Shown in pieces: positions 51,450 through 62,217 of a stretch of 64,000 bases of DNA (position 1 is the stretch's first letter; every line of letters begins with the position of its first letter). Origin of the DNA: an uncultured delta proteobacterium. GTDB taxonomy: Bacteria > Desulfobacterota > Binatia > UBA9968. A program made the translations under genes and the position numbers. The stretch covers positions 1-64,000 of the forward strand of contig CAVUVW010000012.1 in NCBI GenBank assembly GCA_963745035.1. The letters are read 5' to 3'. Under the pieces are notes generated by a model. That model was not told the origin of the DNA, did not search any database, and worked only from the letters and a program-made list of their open reading frames with translations.

Positions 51450-51881
51450 ATGTCATCCCAAGATTGGGAGCTGTTAGCTTGGCAGCGTGCCAACGCGCTC
51501 CTCCGCCAGGCTGAGCGATTTCAGCGGAATTTCATCCAGATCGCCGTCAACTCGCAATATCGCGCTTCGCACGGCCGAAGCTCGTCTTGGGAGCCGCCCG
51601 TAAATATCGTTGAAACCGAGGACGTCCTTTGGGTCATCGTCGCCGTGCCGGGGGTGGAGGCGAACGGCATCGAGGTTCGGGTTCATGAAAATCATCTGGC
51701 GGTCTCGGGAGATCGGCCGCTGCCGCCATGCTGCGCGGACGGCGAGCTGAAAGTCTGGGAGATTCCGCTCGGGCGCTTCGAACGGGTGGTCGGACCTTTT
51801 GCGACCGGATATTCCCTGACGCTTGAAAAAACCACCCTTCAGAACGGTCTACTGATCATCGAGCTGAGAAAAAAACTATGA
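51450..51881 (+). CDS. Hsp20/alpha-crystallin small heat-shock protein
   Basis: WEPPVNIVET, VPGV, L.VSGDR, EIPLGRFER, NGLLIIELRK. Confidence 0.88.
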   Translation: MSSQDWELLAWQRANALLRQAERFQRNFIQIAVNSQYRASHGRSSSWEPPVNIVETEDVLWVIVAVPGVEANGIEVRVHENHLAVSGDRPLPPCCADGELKVWEIPLGRFERVVGPFATGYSLTLEKTTLQNGLLIIELRKKL

Positions 51882-54298
51882 CAGCCCAAGAACAAAAAAA
51901 CGAACAAGAGACGACCAAGCCCACTCGCCGCATCAATGTTCCCGCTGGAGCGCTGTTGATCCTGCCGCTGCGCCAGGCGGTGCTGTTTCCGTCAACGGTG
52001 ATGCCGCTGGTCGTCGGCCGCCCGACGAGCCTGCAAATCATCGAGGAGGCCGTGCGCCGGCAAATTCAGGTGGGCTTTATCGCCCAGCGCGATCCGGCTG
52101 CTGAGCAGCCCCAGCCGGCACAGCTCTATTCGGTCGGCACCGCCGCCGACGTGCTGCGCATATACAATCTGCCCGACGGCCAGCGCCAGATCATCGTCCA
52201 GGGCCGGCAGCGCTTCGAGATCGCGGAATTTATCGAGACCGATCCGTATTTGGTCGCCCGGGTCACCATGGTCGCGGAGAACGCGCCGCGCTCCGAGGAG
52301 TTTCAGGCACGCATTCTCAACTTGCGCCAGGAAGCGGGCCGGGCGCTGACTCTTCTCCCCGAGCCGATGATGGAGCTCAAGACCGCCATCGAGCGCATCG
52401 ATAATCCGCTCGCGCTGATCGACATCATCGCCAGCACTATGGATTTGAGCCTCGAAGAGAAGCAGGAATTGCTCGAGACGTTCGATCCCGAGCAGCGCTC
52501 GCAGAAAGTCTCCGAAAGGCTCGCGCGCCAAATTTCGCTGCTCGAGCTCAGCAAAAAGATCGGCGAAGAGACCAAGGGCTCCCTCGACAAAGCGCAGCGC
52601 CAGTATTTCCTGCGCGAGCAGTTGAAGGCGATCCAGAAAGAGCTCGGCGAGGACGGCGGCGAGAACGCCGAAGTTGAGGAGCTGCGCAAGAAAATCCAGG
52701 ACGCCAAAATGCCGGCGCAGGTGGAGACCGAAGTCTTGCGCGAGCTCAGCCGCTTCGAGCGCATGCCCGAGATGGCGGCGGAGCGCTCGATGATCCGCAC
52801 CTATCTCGACTGGATGGCGGAGCTGCCCTGGAGCGTCAGCAGCGAGGAGCAGATCGATCTGCCGCGGGCGCGCGAGATCCTCGATGCCGATCACTACGAT
52901 CTGGAAAAAATCAAAAAGCGCATCGTCGAGTTCCTTGCCGTGCGCAAGCTCAATCCGCAGGGCAAGAGTCCGATCCTGTGCTTCGTCGGCCCTCCGGGCG
53001 TGGGCAAGACCTCGCTCGGCCAGAGCATCGCGCGCGCCATGAACCGCAAGTTTGTCCGCCAAAGTCTCGGCGGCGTGCACGACGAGGCCGACATCCGCGG
53101 TCACCGGCGCACTTACATCGGCTCTCTGCCGGGAAACATCATCCAGGGAATTCGCAAGGCGGGCGCCAACAATCCGGTGTTCATGCTCGACGAGATCGAC
53201 AAGCTCGGCGCAAGCTTTCACGGCGACCCGTCGGCGGCGCTGCTCGAAGTCCTGGATCCGGCGCAGAACACGTCGTTTCAAGACCATTATCTCGGCGTCG
53301 ATTTTGATCTGAGCAAAGTGATGTTCATCGCCACCGCCAACGTGCTCGACACCATCCCCGGGCCGCTGCGCGACCGCATGGAGATTTTGCAGCTCTCCGG
53401 CTACATCGAGGAGGATAAGCTGGCGATCGCGACCAATTATTTGGTTCCCCGGCAGGTCGCCGAGAATGGATTGAAGGAAGAGCAGATTTCCTTCGAGCCC
53501 GAGGCGATTCGCGAGATCATCCGGGGCTATACCCGCGAGGCCGGGGTGCGCCAACTCGAACGCGAGATCGGCTCGGTATGCCGCGGCGTTGCCACCCGGG
53601 TAGCCGAAGGGCACGGCGAAAAAGTCGTCGTTCGGAAAGACGCGGTGCGCGACTATCTCGGACCGGCCAAGTTTTTCAATGAAGTGGCGCTGCGCACGAG
53701 CTTGCCCGGCGTGGCCACCGGACTGGCATGGACGCCGGTGGGCGGCGACATTCTATTCATCGAAGCGACCAAGATGGACGGCGAGGGAAGGCTCCAGCTC
53801 ACCGGCCAATTGGGCGAGGTCATGAAAGAAAGCGCGCAGGCGGCGCACAGCCTGGTGAAAGCGCGCGCCGCTTCGCTCGGCATCGCCGCCAACCTGCTGC
53901 GCAAGCAGGATATTCACGTGCATATTCCCGCAGGAGCGATTCCCAAGGACGGGCCGAGCGCCGGGGTTACCTTGTTCACCGCGCTGGTATCGCTGCTACT
54001 CGGCGAGCGCGTGCGCAACGACGTTGCCATGACCGGGGAGATCAGTCTCCGCGGTCTGGTGCTGCCGGTCGGCGGCATCAAGGAAAAAGTGCTGGCGGCC
54101 AAGCGCGCCGGCATCACCACCGTGCTGCTGCCGGCGCTCAATCAGCGCGACCTGGAAGATATTCCCCCGTCAGCCACCGACGGCATTCGCTTCGAGTTTC
54201 TCAACACCGTCGATGAGGCACTGGAGCACGCCCTCGAGCGCCAGGCGCCCGCGCGCCATCGCGACGACAGGACGGAAATCCAACCGAGCGCGAGCTGA
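51878..54298 (+). CDS. lon: Lon protease (endopeptidase La)
   Basis: LON N domain, [33 protein letters not shown] catalytic Ser, GGIKEK. ATGA overlap with hsp20. Confidence 0.97.
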   Translation: MTAQEQKNEQETTKPTRRINVPAGALLILPLRQAVLFPSTVMPLVVGRPTSLQIIEEAVRRQIQVGFIAQRDPAAEQPQPAQLYSVGTAADVLRIYNLPDGQRQIIVQGRQRFEIAEFIETDPYLVARVTMVAENAPRSEEFQARILNLRQEAGRALTLLPEPMMELKTAIERIDNPLALIDIIASTMDLSLEEKQELLETFDPEQRSQKVSERLARQISLLELSKKIGEETKGSLDKAQRQYFLREQLKAIQKELGEDGGENAEVEELRKKIQDAKMPAQVETEVLRELSRFERMPEMAAERSMIRTYLDWMAELPWSVSSEEQIDLPRAREILDADHYDLEKIKKRIVEFLAVRKLNPQGKSPILCFVGPPGVGKTSLGQSIARAMNRKFVRQSLGGVHDEADIRGHRRTYIGSLPGNIIQGIRKAGANNPVFMLDEIDKLGASFHGDPSAALLEVLDPAQNTSFQDHYLGVDFDLSKVMFIATANVLDTIPGPLRDRMEILQLSGYIEEDKLAIATNYLVPRQVAENGLKEEQISFEPEAIREIIRGYTREAGVRQLEREIGSVCRGVATRVAEGHGEKVVVRKDAVRDYLGPAKFFNEVALRTSLPGVATGLAWTPVGGDILFIEATKMDGEGRLQLTGQLGEVMKESAQAAHSLVKARAASLGIAANLLRKQDIHVHIPAGAIPKDGPSAGVTLFTALVSLLLGERVRNDVAMTGEISLRGLVLPVGGIKEKVLAAKRAGITTVLLPALNQRDLEDIPPSATDGIRFEFLNTVDEALEHALERQAPARHRDDRTEIQPSAS

Positions 54299-54334
54299 AT
54301 GCCGCCGCTCTCTCTCACACCACAGATCAACCTC

Positions 54335-54364
54335 GTAGGGGGCGGGTTTGAAACCCGCCCCTAC
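54335..54364. repeat. GTAG-type REP palindrome between convergent genes
   Basis: GTAGGGGGCGGGTTT-G-AAACCCGCCCCTAC. Confidence 0.75.
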
Positions 54365-54412
54365 TCTTCGTAGCTCCGTTAATTCACCGCGCGCGAAAAT
54401 GTCGGAAGCAGC

Positions 54413-54745
54413 CTACCAGCGCCGGCGCTCGTTGCGCCAGTTGCCGTCGCGCCGGTCGGCGGCACCGCGATGATCGACTTCGAGGGGCGGCCGGCGCTCT
54501 TGCGGACGCGCTTCGTTTACCGTCAGGCTGCGCCCGTCCAACTGGCTGCCGTTCAGCGCCTGAATGGCTGCTTGTGCCTCGCTGCTGGAGCTCATCTCGA
54601 CAAAGCCGAAGCCCTTGGAACGGCCGGTGAGCCTGTCGGTGATGATTCTCGCCGACGCCACCGTGCCGTACTGCGAGAAGATTTCCTCCAATTTGGCGTC
54701 GGTGGTCGCGTAGGGCAAGCTGCCGACGTAAACTCGATTCGTCAT
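54413..54745 (-). CDS. RRM (RNP-1) RNA-binding protein
   Basis: VYVGSLPY (RNP2), SKGFGFVEM (RNP1), TVNEARP. Confidence 0.93.
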   Translation of the reverse strand: MTNRVYVGSLPYATTDAKLEEIFSQYGTVASARIITDRLTGRSKGFGFVEMSSSSEAQAAIQALNGSQLDGRSLTVNEARPQERRPPLEVDHRGAADRRDGNWRNERRRW

Positions 54746-55371
54746 GTTCTTCCTCCTCCACGTGAGAATAAATTTTCCCTGCTGTTTCTTAGGAATCCGA
54801 GAAATTTTTCGGTTGTTGCGGCGTTTCTCCCGCCGTCGCCGGGCCGCAGGTGAAGGCCGAGAAACACGCGCAGGAATAGACGGGTGTGCGCGCGCATAGG
54901 TCGAGCCGGAGCCGCGTCAGAGATCATCTTGCTTGAAAATAAACTTGCGCGCGGCGCGCCGGACCATTCACGGCACCGCAATGCGCCAGCGCGGGCGGCC
55001 TGCTGTAGGACGGGAACTGCACGAGCATCTCTCGGCGGCTCGTTCTCTTCTCGCTTGCCGCTCCAGGATAAAGATGAGGAGCATAGCGCGTGATCGTCTG
55101 GGTGGGATACATCGGGTGCTGAGGTTTAGAATCGGAGAGCAAACCCAGCAAGGAGCAGGCCAAACTCTGTTCGGTAGCCCCGAGCGCGGACGCTTGGATC
55201 AACGCGATGGCGAGCGCGCCCAACCCAGTCCTGGCGCTCTCATAAGCAGCGGGCGCGTGCTCGTCGGCCGGCCCGCGCGTGGTCGATCAACGCTCGGCCC
55301 ATTTGTCCCAACTCTGCAACAGCAGACCTTCGCCCTGTGACACGGACAAGACAATATACCGCGCCCTTTGG

Positions 55372-57168
55372 TTAGCTATGACGTCGATCGCTCGCCGGCC
55401 CGCGGACGGCGGAAAGATTGAAAGCGGTATTGACTAGAGCGATATGGCTAAACGCCTGCGGAAAGTTTCCGAGCAGCCGTTTGGCCGCAGGGTCGTACTC
55501 TTCGGCAAGCAGACCGACATCGTTGCGCAGGCTAAGCAAGCGCTCGAACAGCGCGACAGCGTCTTGGCGGCGGCCCAAGAGCGCGAAGTTGTCGGCGAGC
55601 CAAAAAGTGCAAGCGAGAAAGGCGGCCTCGCCGGGCGGCAAGCCGTCGGTTTCCGGTTTGGTGCGATAGCGCAGCACGAAGCAGTCGGCCAGCAGATCGC
55701 GCTCCACGGCGGCCACCGTGCCTTGAACGCGCGGATCGTCTGGCGGTAAAAAGCCGACCAGGGGAATCATCAGCAGGCTGGCATCGAGCTCCTTGCCGCC
55801 GTAGTACTGCACAAAGCTCTGGCGATCGCGATCGAAACCCGCGCTGCAAACCTCCTGATGAATCGCTTCGCGCAGCTTGCGCCAGCGTTCGACCGGACCC
55901 TGCAAACCAAACTGCTCCACCGCCTTGACCATGCGATCCAGCGCTACCCAAGCCATGATTTTCGAGTGAGTAAAGTGGCGCTTGGGTCCGCGCATTTCCC
56001 AGATGCCGTTGTCCGGTTCGTGCCAAACCGACTCGAGGTACTCGGTGAGCGCCCGCTCGACCCGCCAGGCGTTGTCGTCCGGCGCCAATCCGCTGCGCCG
56101 CGCCAGATGCATCGCGTCCATCAGCTCGCCGTACACGTCGAGCTGGAACTGCTCGCTGGCGGCGTTGCCGATGCGCACGGGCGCGGAATTCTCGTAACCC
56201 GGCAGCCAGCCGAGCACGAGCTCCGTGAGCCTGCGCTCGCCGGACAAGCCATACATGAGGTTGAGCTGCGACGGTTTGCCGGCCACCGCGCGCAGCAGCC
56301 ACTCGCGCCAGGCGCACGCCTCGTCCAAGTAGCCGCCGAGCAGCAAAGCGTAAAGCGTGAAAGTCGCGTCGCGCACCCAACAGTAGCGGTAGTCCCAATT
56401 TCTCACCCCGCCCACCCACTCGGGCAGCGAGGTCGTCGGCGCAGCGACGATGCCGCCGGTCGGAGCGTAAGTGAGCGCTTTGAGCACGATCAGCGACTGC
56501 ACGACCGCTTCGCGCCAAGGTCCCTCGTAGGTGCAGCGATCGGACCACTTGCGCCACCACTGCTCGGTTTGCGCCACGGTTTTCTCGGCGTCGACGAACT
56601 GAGGCGCCGGCTCGTGAGAGCGATGCCACATCAGCACAAAGGGCATGGTCTCGCCCGCGCATACCGTAAATTCCGCCGAGGTGACAAAGTTTTCGTTGCG
56701 CAGCTCCACGCCGCTTTGCAGCATCAGCGTGTCCGGGCCCGCGACGGCGCGGATGCCGTAGCTGGCGCGGCGCACCCAGGGAATGATCGAGCCGTAGTCA
56801 AAGCGGACGATCAGCTCCATGCGCATCCGCACCCGGCCGCGGACGCCGACGACGAGACGCACCAGATCCGGCTCTCCGCTGCGCGGCGGCATGCAATCGA
56901 TCAGCTTGACCGCGCCCTCCGCGGTCGTGAACTCCGTTTCCAGCACCAAGGTGCCGTCGCGATAGCGGCGCCGAGCTTGCCGGATCTCGCCCGCCGGCGC
57001 GATGAGCCAGCGCCCGTGCTCCTCGTTGCCCAAAAGCGCCGCGAAGCAGGCAGGGGAGTCGAAACGCGGGAAGCACAACCAATCGATGGAGCCGCCGCGG
57101 GAGACCAGCGCCGCCGTATGGCAGTCGCCGATGATGGCATAGTCTTCGATGCGCGCCGGCGTGTACAT
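55372..57168 (-). CDS. Glycoside hydrolase family 15 (trehalase/glucoamylase-like)
   Basis: IEDYAIIGD, AAPTTSLPE, RNWDYRYCWVRDA, QLDVYGE, GIWEMRG, GLLAEE, GNFPQAFSH. Confidence 0.93.
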   Translation of the reverse strand: MYTPARIEDYAIIGDCHTAALVSRGGSIDWLCFPRFDSPACFAALLGNEEHGRWLIAPAGEIRQARRRYRDGTLVLETEFTTAEGAVKLIDCMPPRSGEPDLVRLVVGVRGRVRMRMELIVRFDYGSIIPWVRRASYGIRAVAGPDTLMLQSGVELRNENFVTSAEFTVCAGETMPFVLMWHRSHEPAPQFVDAEKTVAQTEQWWRKWSDRCTYEGPWREAVVQSLIVLKALTYAPTGGIVAAPTTSLPEWVGGVRNWDYRYCWVRDATFTLYALLLGGYLDEACAWREWLLRAVAGKPSQLNLMYGLSGERRLTELVLGWLPGYENSAPVRIGNAASEQFQLDVYGELMDAMHLARRSGLAPDDNAWRVERALTEYLESVWHEPDNGIWEMRGPKRHFTHSKIMAWVALDRMVKAVEQFGLQGPVERWRKLREAIHQEVCSAGFDRDRQSFVQYYGGKELDASLLMIPLVGFLPPDDPRVQGTVAAVERDLLADCFVLRYRTKPETDGLPPGEAAFLACTFWLADNFALLGRRQDAVALFERLLSLRNDVGLLAEEYDPAAKRLLGNFPQAFSHIALVNTAFNLSAVRGPASDRRHS

Positions 57169-57311
57169 GACCCTCTCGAGAAAATCGGACTCCTACCTCG
57201 GTCTGGACCGCAGCGTTCCCCGAGAACCATCGGGAGACGGTCCACCATTCAGCCGTGAAAACGTTTTCACACTGGAAATTCAAGGAAGACTAAAACGTCG
57301 TTCGACCATGC

Positions 57312-57692
57312 TCACGGTTTTTCCGCGGTAAGAATGAACTTGTCGATGATCTCTTTCATCGCGCTGAAATGAATCGGTTTTTGCAGATATTCCACCATGC
57401 CCGCCCGGAGCGCCTCGTCCCTCCACTCCCGGCCGCTCGAAGCGCTGCAGGCAACGATCGGGATGTGCGCGATCGCTTTTGTGGCCTTCATTTTTTTCGC
57501 CACATCGAGGCCTCTGATGTCGGGTAGATCGAGGTCCAGCAGAATAAGACTCGGCTTTGCGCCGAGCGCCTGGCGGATCGCCTCGCCACCGGTCCCCGCT
57601 TCGACGGTTTCATAGCCGGAAAAACGCAAGATCGAGGCAAGAATGTCCCGTAGGTGATCGTTGTCGTCGACGATGAGAACCGTCTTTGCCAT
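57312..57692 (-). CDS. Single-domain response regulator receiver
   Basis: VLIVDD, ILLDLDLP, ACSA, LQKP. Confidence 0.9.
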   Translation of the reverse strand: MAKTVLIVDDNDHLRDILASILRFSGYETVEAGTGGEAIRQALGAKPSLILLDLDLPDIRGLDVAKKMKATKAIAHIPIVACSASSGREWRDEALRAGMVEYLQKPIHFSAMKEIIDKFILTAEKP

Positions 57693-57941
57693 CGAATCAG
57701 AACTCCGCGCCGCGAAATTATTGAAACATGCGCGCGAGCCAAAAGAAACGGGTCCACACAAAAACCGCTAGGCGCGAGCAAAACTCCGCGATCGATGATT
57801 AAAAATGATTGCCCGCCGCGCGGCGCAATCCCTGCGGCGGGCGAAAATGGACTGCACGGCACAATTGATTTGCGCGGCTGAGACGCAGATCGTGAAAGTG
57901 CCGGCTTTTCCCGCGAGGTTTGCCGTCTATCTGCCGATGCC

Positions 57942-60473
57942 TCATCTCTCGCGCGCCACGTCACGCGCGTTTTTGTCGTCTCGCAGCGTCAAAAAACTCA
58001 CTTGGCGCAGGTGACCGTCCGGCGTCCACTCGGTAAACTCGCATTGCACTACTTTCTCGGGCCGTAGCCAGACGCAATTTTTCATCCCTTCTTTGGTCAG
58101 CGCCCACGGCGTGCGTTTTTTTTCCGGCAAATTGACGAACGGGCAAGCGTCGGTCTCCAACGGCTTCAATTGTTTCATGACTTCACGGCGCAGATTGGAA
58201 ACGAAGCCGTTCCTGACCTTGCCGACGTAGCGCAAATCACTTCCGTCATAATAGCCGACGACCAGCGCATCGAAGGGATTGCCGACGGTGTAGCCGCCGA
58301 TCACGAATTCCTGGCTTTTGTTGATCTTGTATTTGAGCCAGGCGCCGCTGCGCTTTCCCGGCTCATAGAGCGACTCTTTGCGCTTGGCGACGATGCCTTC
58401 GAGTCCGAACTCGCGGATGACGCGGGTCAACTCGGCCGGCGGCGCATCGAGGCTTTCCGACGCCGCAAGCGCAGAAGAATTTTTTTCTTCGGCGGCCAGC
58501 GCGTCCATCAACGCGGCGCGCCTCTGCTCGAGCGGCAGAGTGAGCAAACTCCGGCCGGCGACGATCAACGCGTCGAACGCATAAAAGCGCAGCGCCGACG
58601 CCTTGGCGCGATGATGCTGCAGCAGATTGAACGATATCCGGCCGCTTTCGTCGAGCGCGACGATTTCGCCGTCGAGCAAGGTGTCGGCGGGAAGCCGCTC
58701 GCACGCCGCGGCGATCCCGCGAAACTGCCTCGTGATGAGATGTCCGCGGCGCGACCAGAGCTTTACATCCGACCCTTGTTTTCCGGCGAGACAGCGATAG
58801 CCGTCGAGCTTGACCTCGTAAATCCATTCATCGCGGCTTTCAGGCAATGCTGCCGCGGCGCGCGCAAGCATCGGTTCGATAAACTTTACCTTGGCCTCAG
58901 GCAGCGAAGCCGAATGCAGTTGATCGGCGGCGTCCCGATTGCTGTGCCACACCGCATCGCGGGCGGCGGCGATCTCCGCCATAGCTCGGCCGGTGAGCGC
59001 GGAGGAGTCGTCGGTTTGCTGGCTCACCCGCGCCATCGACTCGCCGCCCTTGATCATGAACCAGGTATTGTCCTTGTCTTTGCCGCCGCGATCGTGGCCT
59101 TTTACCAGAATCCACTCGCCTTTCAGTTTTTTTCCATTCAAGTGGAAGTGGAGCTTGCCTTTCGGATAATCACCGTCCATCAGCTCATAGGTTCCGATGT
59201 CCCACACCATGACCGTGCCGCCGCCGTATTCGCCCTTGGGAATCACGCCTTCGAAATCCGCGTAGGCCATCGGGTGATCTTCGGTCGCCATTGCGAGGCG
59301 CCGTTCGCTGCGTTCGTAAGGCGGCCCCTTCGGCACCGCCCAGGACTTGAGCGTGCCTGCCATTTCCAGGCGAAAATCGTAATGTAGGCGAGTGGCCGCG
59401 TGCTTTTGGACGACAAAAAGATTGCCGCCTCCTGCGCGGCTCGATCGGGGCGCCGTCGGCGCCGGTTCCGGCGTTTTCGTGAAATCGCGCTTTTGTCGAT
59501 AGAGATCGAGCCCCTTGGATGGGCTCGGCGCCTTCATCAGCTTCAGGAACGGCTCCGGCAGTTTTTGTTTGAGTTTCAGCAGCGGAGCGAACACATCGCC
59601 GATCTTGCTGATTCTTTTGAGCGCGTCGCCGGGCGTGTAGAGAAGCGCGCCGGCGTCCCCTTTCTGCATCGCTGCGCGCAGCTCCTCCCACGTGATCGGC
59701 ATGGCGACGAACGGCCCGTCTTCTCTCGCCCGCAAGGAATAGACCGCCACGGTCGATTTGTGCTCCGAGTTCTGGCTCCAGTCGACGAAGACTTTCCCTC
59801 TGCGCTTCGCCTTGGCCATTTCGGAAACCACCAGCTCGGGATGCTCGCTCGCCAGCAGCTGCGCGACGCTGTTCGCAAACGGCTGGGTGGCCTCGTAGGT
59901 CACGGCGGTATTCAGTGGCACGTGCAGGTGGATGCCCTTGGAGCCGGAGACTTTGACGAAGCACTTGAGGCCCAGTCGGTCGAGCACGTCTTTCAGAATG
60001 AAAGCGACCTCGCCCGATCGCAAAATATCCGCGCCGTCTCCCGGATCGAGATCAAACACGATCATAGTGGGCCGCTCGATGTGCGGCACTCTCGCGAGAA
60101 ACGGATGCAGTTCGAGGTTCGCCAGGTTGGCCGACCAGATGAGACTCGGCAGGTCGTTGATTATAGTGTAATTTACGACGGCGCTGACGCTGGTGCGCGC
60201 GATCGCGAATGTCTTCATCCACTTCGGCGTGAACGACGGCGCGGCCTTTTCGTAGAAATGCTCGCCGGCGACTCCGTCCGGGAATCGTTTCATGGTAATC
60301 GGCCGATCTGTGAGATGAGGCAGGATGGTGCGCGCGATCGCGCTGTAGTAGTCGATGACCTGGCCTTTGGTAAAGCCGGTCTTCGGATACAAGATCTTGT
60401 CCAGGTTGGAAAGTGAGAGCTGCCGTCCGCCGATCGTTACCGGCGCCGCCACCCTAGTTTGCCGCGCCGTCAT
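57942..60473 (-). CDS. ligD: NHEJ DNA ligase D (POL-PE-LIG)
   Basis: LSNLDK, RFPDG, DLDPG and SGSKGIH (polymerase); VVQKHAATRLHYDFRLE (phosphoesterase); EVKLDGYR, EGIVAK and WLKYK (ligase). Confidence 0.95.
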   Translation of the reverse strand: MTARQTRVAAPVTIGGRQLSLSNLDKILYPKTGFTKGQVIDYYSAIARTILPHLTDRPITMKRFPDGVAGEHFYEKAAPSFTPKWMKTFAIARTSVSAVVNYTIINDLPSLIWSANLANLELHPFLARVPHIERPTMIVFDLDPGDGADILRSGEVAFILKDVLDRLGLKCFVKVSGSKGIHLHVPLNTAVTYEATQPFANSVAQLLASEHPELVVSEMAKAKRRGKVFVDWSQNSEHKSTVAVYSLRAREDGPFVAMPITWEELRAAMQKGDAGALLYTPGDALKRISKIGDVFAPLLKLKQKLPEPFLKLMKAPSPSKGLDLYRQKRDFTKTPEPAPTAPRSSRAGGGNLFVVQKHAATRLHYDFRLEMAGTLKSWAVPKGPPYERSERRLAMATEDHPMAYADFEGVIPKGEYGGGTVMVWDIGTYELMDGDYPKGKLHFHLNGKKLKGEWILVKGHDRGGKDKDNTWFMIKGGESMARVSQQTDDSSALTGRAMAEIAAARDAVWHSNRDAADQLHSASLPEAKVKFIEPMLARAAAALPESRDEWIYEVKLDGYRCLAGKQGSDVKLWSRRGHLITRQFRGIAAACERLPADTLLDGEIVALDESGRISFNLLQHHRAKASALRFYAFDALIVAGRSLLTLPLEQRRAALMDALAAEEKNSSALAASESLDAPPAELTRVIREFGLEGIVAKRKESLYEPGKRSGAWLKYKINKSQEFVIGGYTVGNPFDALVVGYYDGSDLRYVGKVRNGFVSNLRREVMKQLKPLETDACPFVNLPEKKRTPWALTKEGMKNCVWLRPEKVVQCEFTEWTPDGHLRQVSFLTLRDDKNARDVARER

Positions 60474-60651
60474 CTTGCGCATACGGAGGGTAACGCCACT
60501 GAAACGTAGCGCAGCACTGTGGCCGCCAAGCTGGTTTGTGTCAAAGCCTTGCACAGCGAAAATCTCGATCGAGCTCCTCGTTGATCCCCCGAGCCTCTCA
60601 CTTCAAGATAATCGGTGCGCCAGCGGAAAGCCACCGCCTGTGGAAGCCTAA

Positions 60652-60996
60652 TTATTTCACAATCTTTAGCCGCATTACTTGAAGCGCGGCCCGAGCTCTT
60701 AGCTCGGGCGTCGCCCAGTCTGGCGGGAGGTTCTTGGTCTTGGCGATTCTCGTGAGCTCCTTGGCATACTGCGTTGCTCTGCTCAACTGCTTCATTCTTT
60801 GATCGATCGCATAACCTTGCCCGGCGTCGCGCGCATAGTCTGGTACCTTCGCTGAACGCCAGCGCCCCAACTTGTCTTGCTTCTTGCCGACGAGCCCGCC
60901 CGCCACTTTGCGCACGTCTTTCCAACCGAAGACTTTCTCTGCGACCGCGGCGCTCAGATCGAAATCGCGTAGTCGTTTGTCAGCGGCCTTAGCCAT
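60652..60996 (-). CDS. Hypothetical protein, phage ABA-sandwich-like
   Basis: AAVAEKVFGWK...VPDYARD...A pattern. Confidence 0.55.
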   Translation of the reverse strand: MAKAADKRLRDFDLSAAVAEKVFGWKDVRKVAGGLVGKKQDKLGRWRSAKVPDYARDAGQGYAIDQRMKQLSRATQYAKELTRIAKTKNLPPDWATPELRARAALQVMRLKIVK

Positions 60997-61197
60997 CTTT
61001 CGGTAATGCAGCTTTCACAATTACAGTTTAATGAGCTTCGCCGACGCGTGCTTTCTTCGTAGATGCTCACGGAAAATTCCTCCTCCGGCAGAGGGAAAAT
61101 TCATCCGCCGCGAGGTTTGTACGTCGAGAACCCCGACCTCAGATTGATAACTCTCGCAAAATAGTAAAGTTTTTTCCAGCCAAATTCTCCTCGCTGC

Positions 61198-61212
61198 TGG
61201 CATTGGTCTTGC
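61198..61212 (+). promoter_or_regulatory. sigma54 promoter candidate
   Basis: TGGCAT-TGGTC-TTGC, about 33 nt before the ATG at 61246. Confidence 0.68.
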
Positions 61213-61245
61213 CGACTTGTTAGTCGAGCGGCGTGCAGGTGGAAA

Positions 61246-61530
61246 ATGAAACTTCGTCAATATGTCCGCAGATTTCTTCGCGAGTGGCCTCCCGTATGGA
61301 CGGGCATGGGACGCGACAGGAAGCTTCTCAGGGGTGAAGTCGGTGTGCTCACGGACGCTTATTCTAACAATCAAGCGGAAAGCGCGATTTTTGTCGTGAT
61401 TCGGTTTCGCGCTGAAAAATTCATCGGCGCGCTCTTATTCACGGACTGCTCCTGTCGCACACGCATCCTGTCCTTGCTTCAAGCGAATGCCGGACGCTCA
61501 ATTCGAGAGATCGGCGACCTGGAGGTCTGA
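61246..61530 (+). CDS. Hypothetical protein (WPPVW...GEVGVL motif)
   Basis: 94 aa ORF with an upstream promoter candidate. Confidence 0.6.
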   Translation: MKLRQYVRRFLREWPPVWTGMGRDRKLLRGEVGVLTDAYSNNQAESAIFVVIRFRAEKFIGALLFTDCSCRTRILSLLQANAGRSIREIGDLEV

Positions 61531-61610
61531 GCCTGGACGTAGATATGATTTTCACCGACAGTGACGCCAGCTTACATCGAAAATACTCAACGAAAATAGT
61601 CGATTGGGAC

Positions 61611-61626
61611 GGGCATAGGGCTTGCT
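61611..61626 (+). promoter_or_regulatory. sigma54 promoter candidate (SRPBCC gene)
   Basis: GGGCAT-AGGGC-TTGCT. Confidence 0.65.
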
Positions 61627-61669
61627 CATTCTTATAGTAGTAGATACAAACGAAACCATAGGAGGGTCT

Positions 61670-62134
61670 ATGGAACGAATTCACAAATCGATTGAAGTAG
61701 ATTGCCCCCTCAGCCATGTCTACAATCAATGGACGCAGTTTGAAGAATTTCCCAGATTCATGGAAGGGGTCAAGGAAGTCCGCCAGTTAGACGATCAGCG
61801 GCTTCATTGGCGGGCCAGCATCGGCGGCAAAGAAAAAGAATGGACCGCCAAGATCATCGAGCAAGTCCCCGATCATCGCATCGCATGGAAATCCGAGTCT
61901 GGCGAGTACACGTCAGGGCAGGTAGATTTCGCGAGACTGGGAACTGACCGGACCAAGGTCGCGTTAGAAATTTCCTACGATCCTAAAGGATTTGTTGAAA
62001 ATACCGGCGATGCACTCGGCCTGGTCTCCAGACGCGTCGAAAATGATCTGGAGCACTTCAAAGAATTCATCGAGCACCGCGGTCAGGAAACTGGGGCGTG
62101 GCGCGGCACGATCAGGGAAGGGTCCACTTCTTAG
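61670..62134 (+). CDS. SRPBCC/polyketide cyclase family protein
   Basis: YNQWTQFEEFPRFMEGV...IAWKS...ETGAWRGTI. RBS AGGAGG. Confidence 0.9.
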   Translation: MERIHKSIEVDCPLSHVYNQWTQFEEFPRFMEGVKEVRQLDDQRLHWRASIGGKEKEWTAKIIEQVPDHRIAWKSESGEYTSGQVDFARLGTDRTKVALEISYDPKGFVENTGDALGLVSRRVENDLEHFKEFIEHRGQETGAWRGTIREGSTS

Positions 62135-62150
62135 AACAATTCGAGACGGA

Positions 62151-62175
62151 GGCGGAGGCGCTTTGCGCCTCCGCC
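62151..62175 (+). terminator. Hairpin after SRPBCC gene
   Basis: GGCGGAGGCGC-TTT-GCGCCTCCGCC. No U-tract. Confidence 0.45.
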
Positions 62176-62217
62176 ATCTAAACACACAATGATATTTTTT
62201 GCGTGAAGGAGTTATTT

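Noticed and set aside
51992-59387. Long antisense ORFs (51992-53614, 55858-57258, 58170-59387)
   Set aside because: These are shadow ORFs opposite lon, GH15 and ligD, caused by high-GC codon bias.
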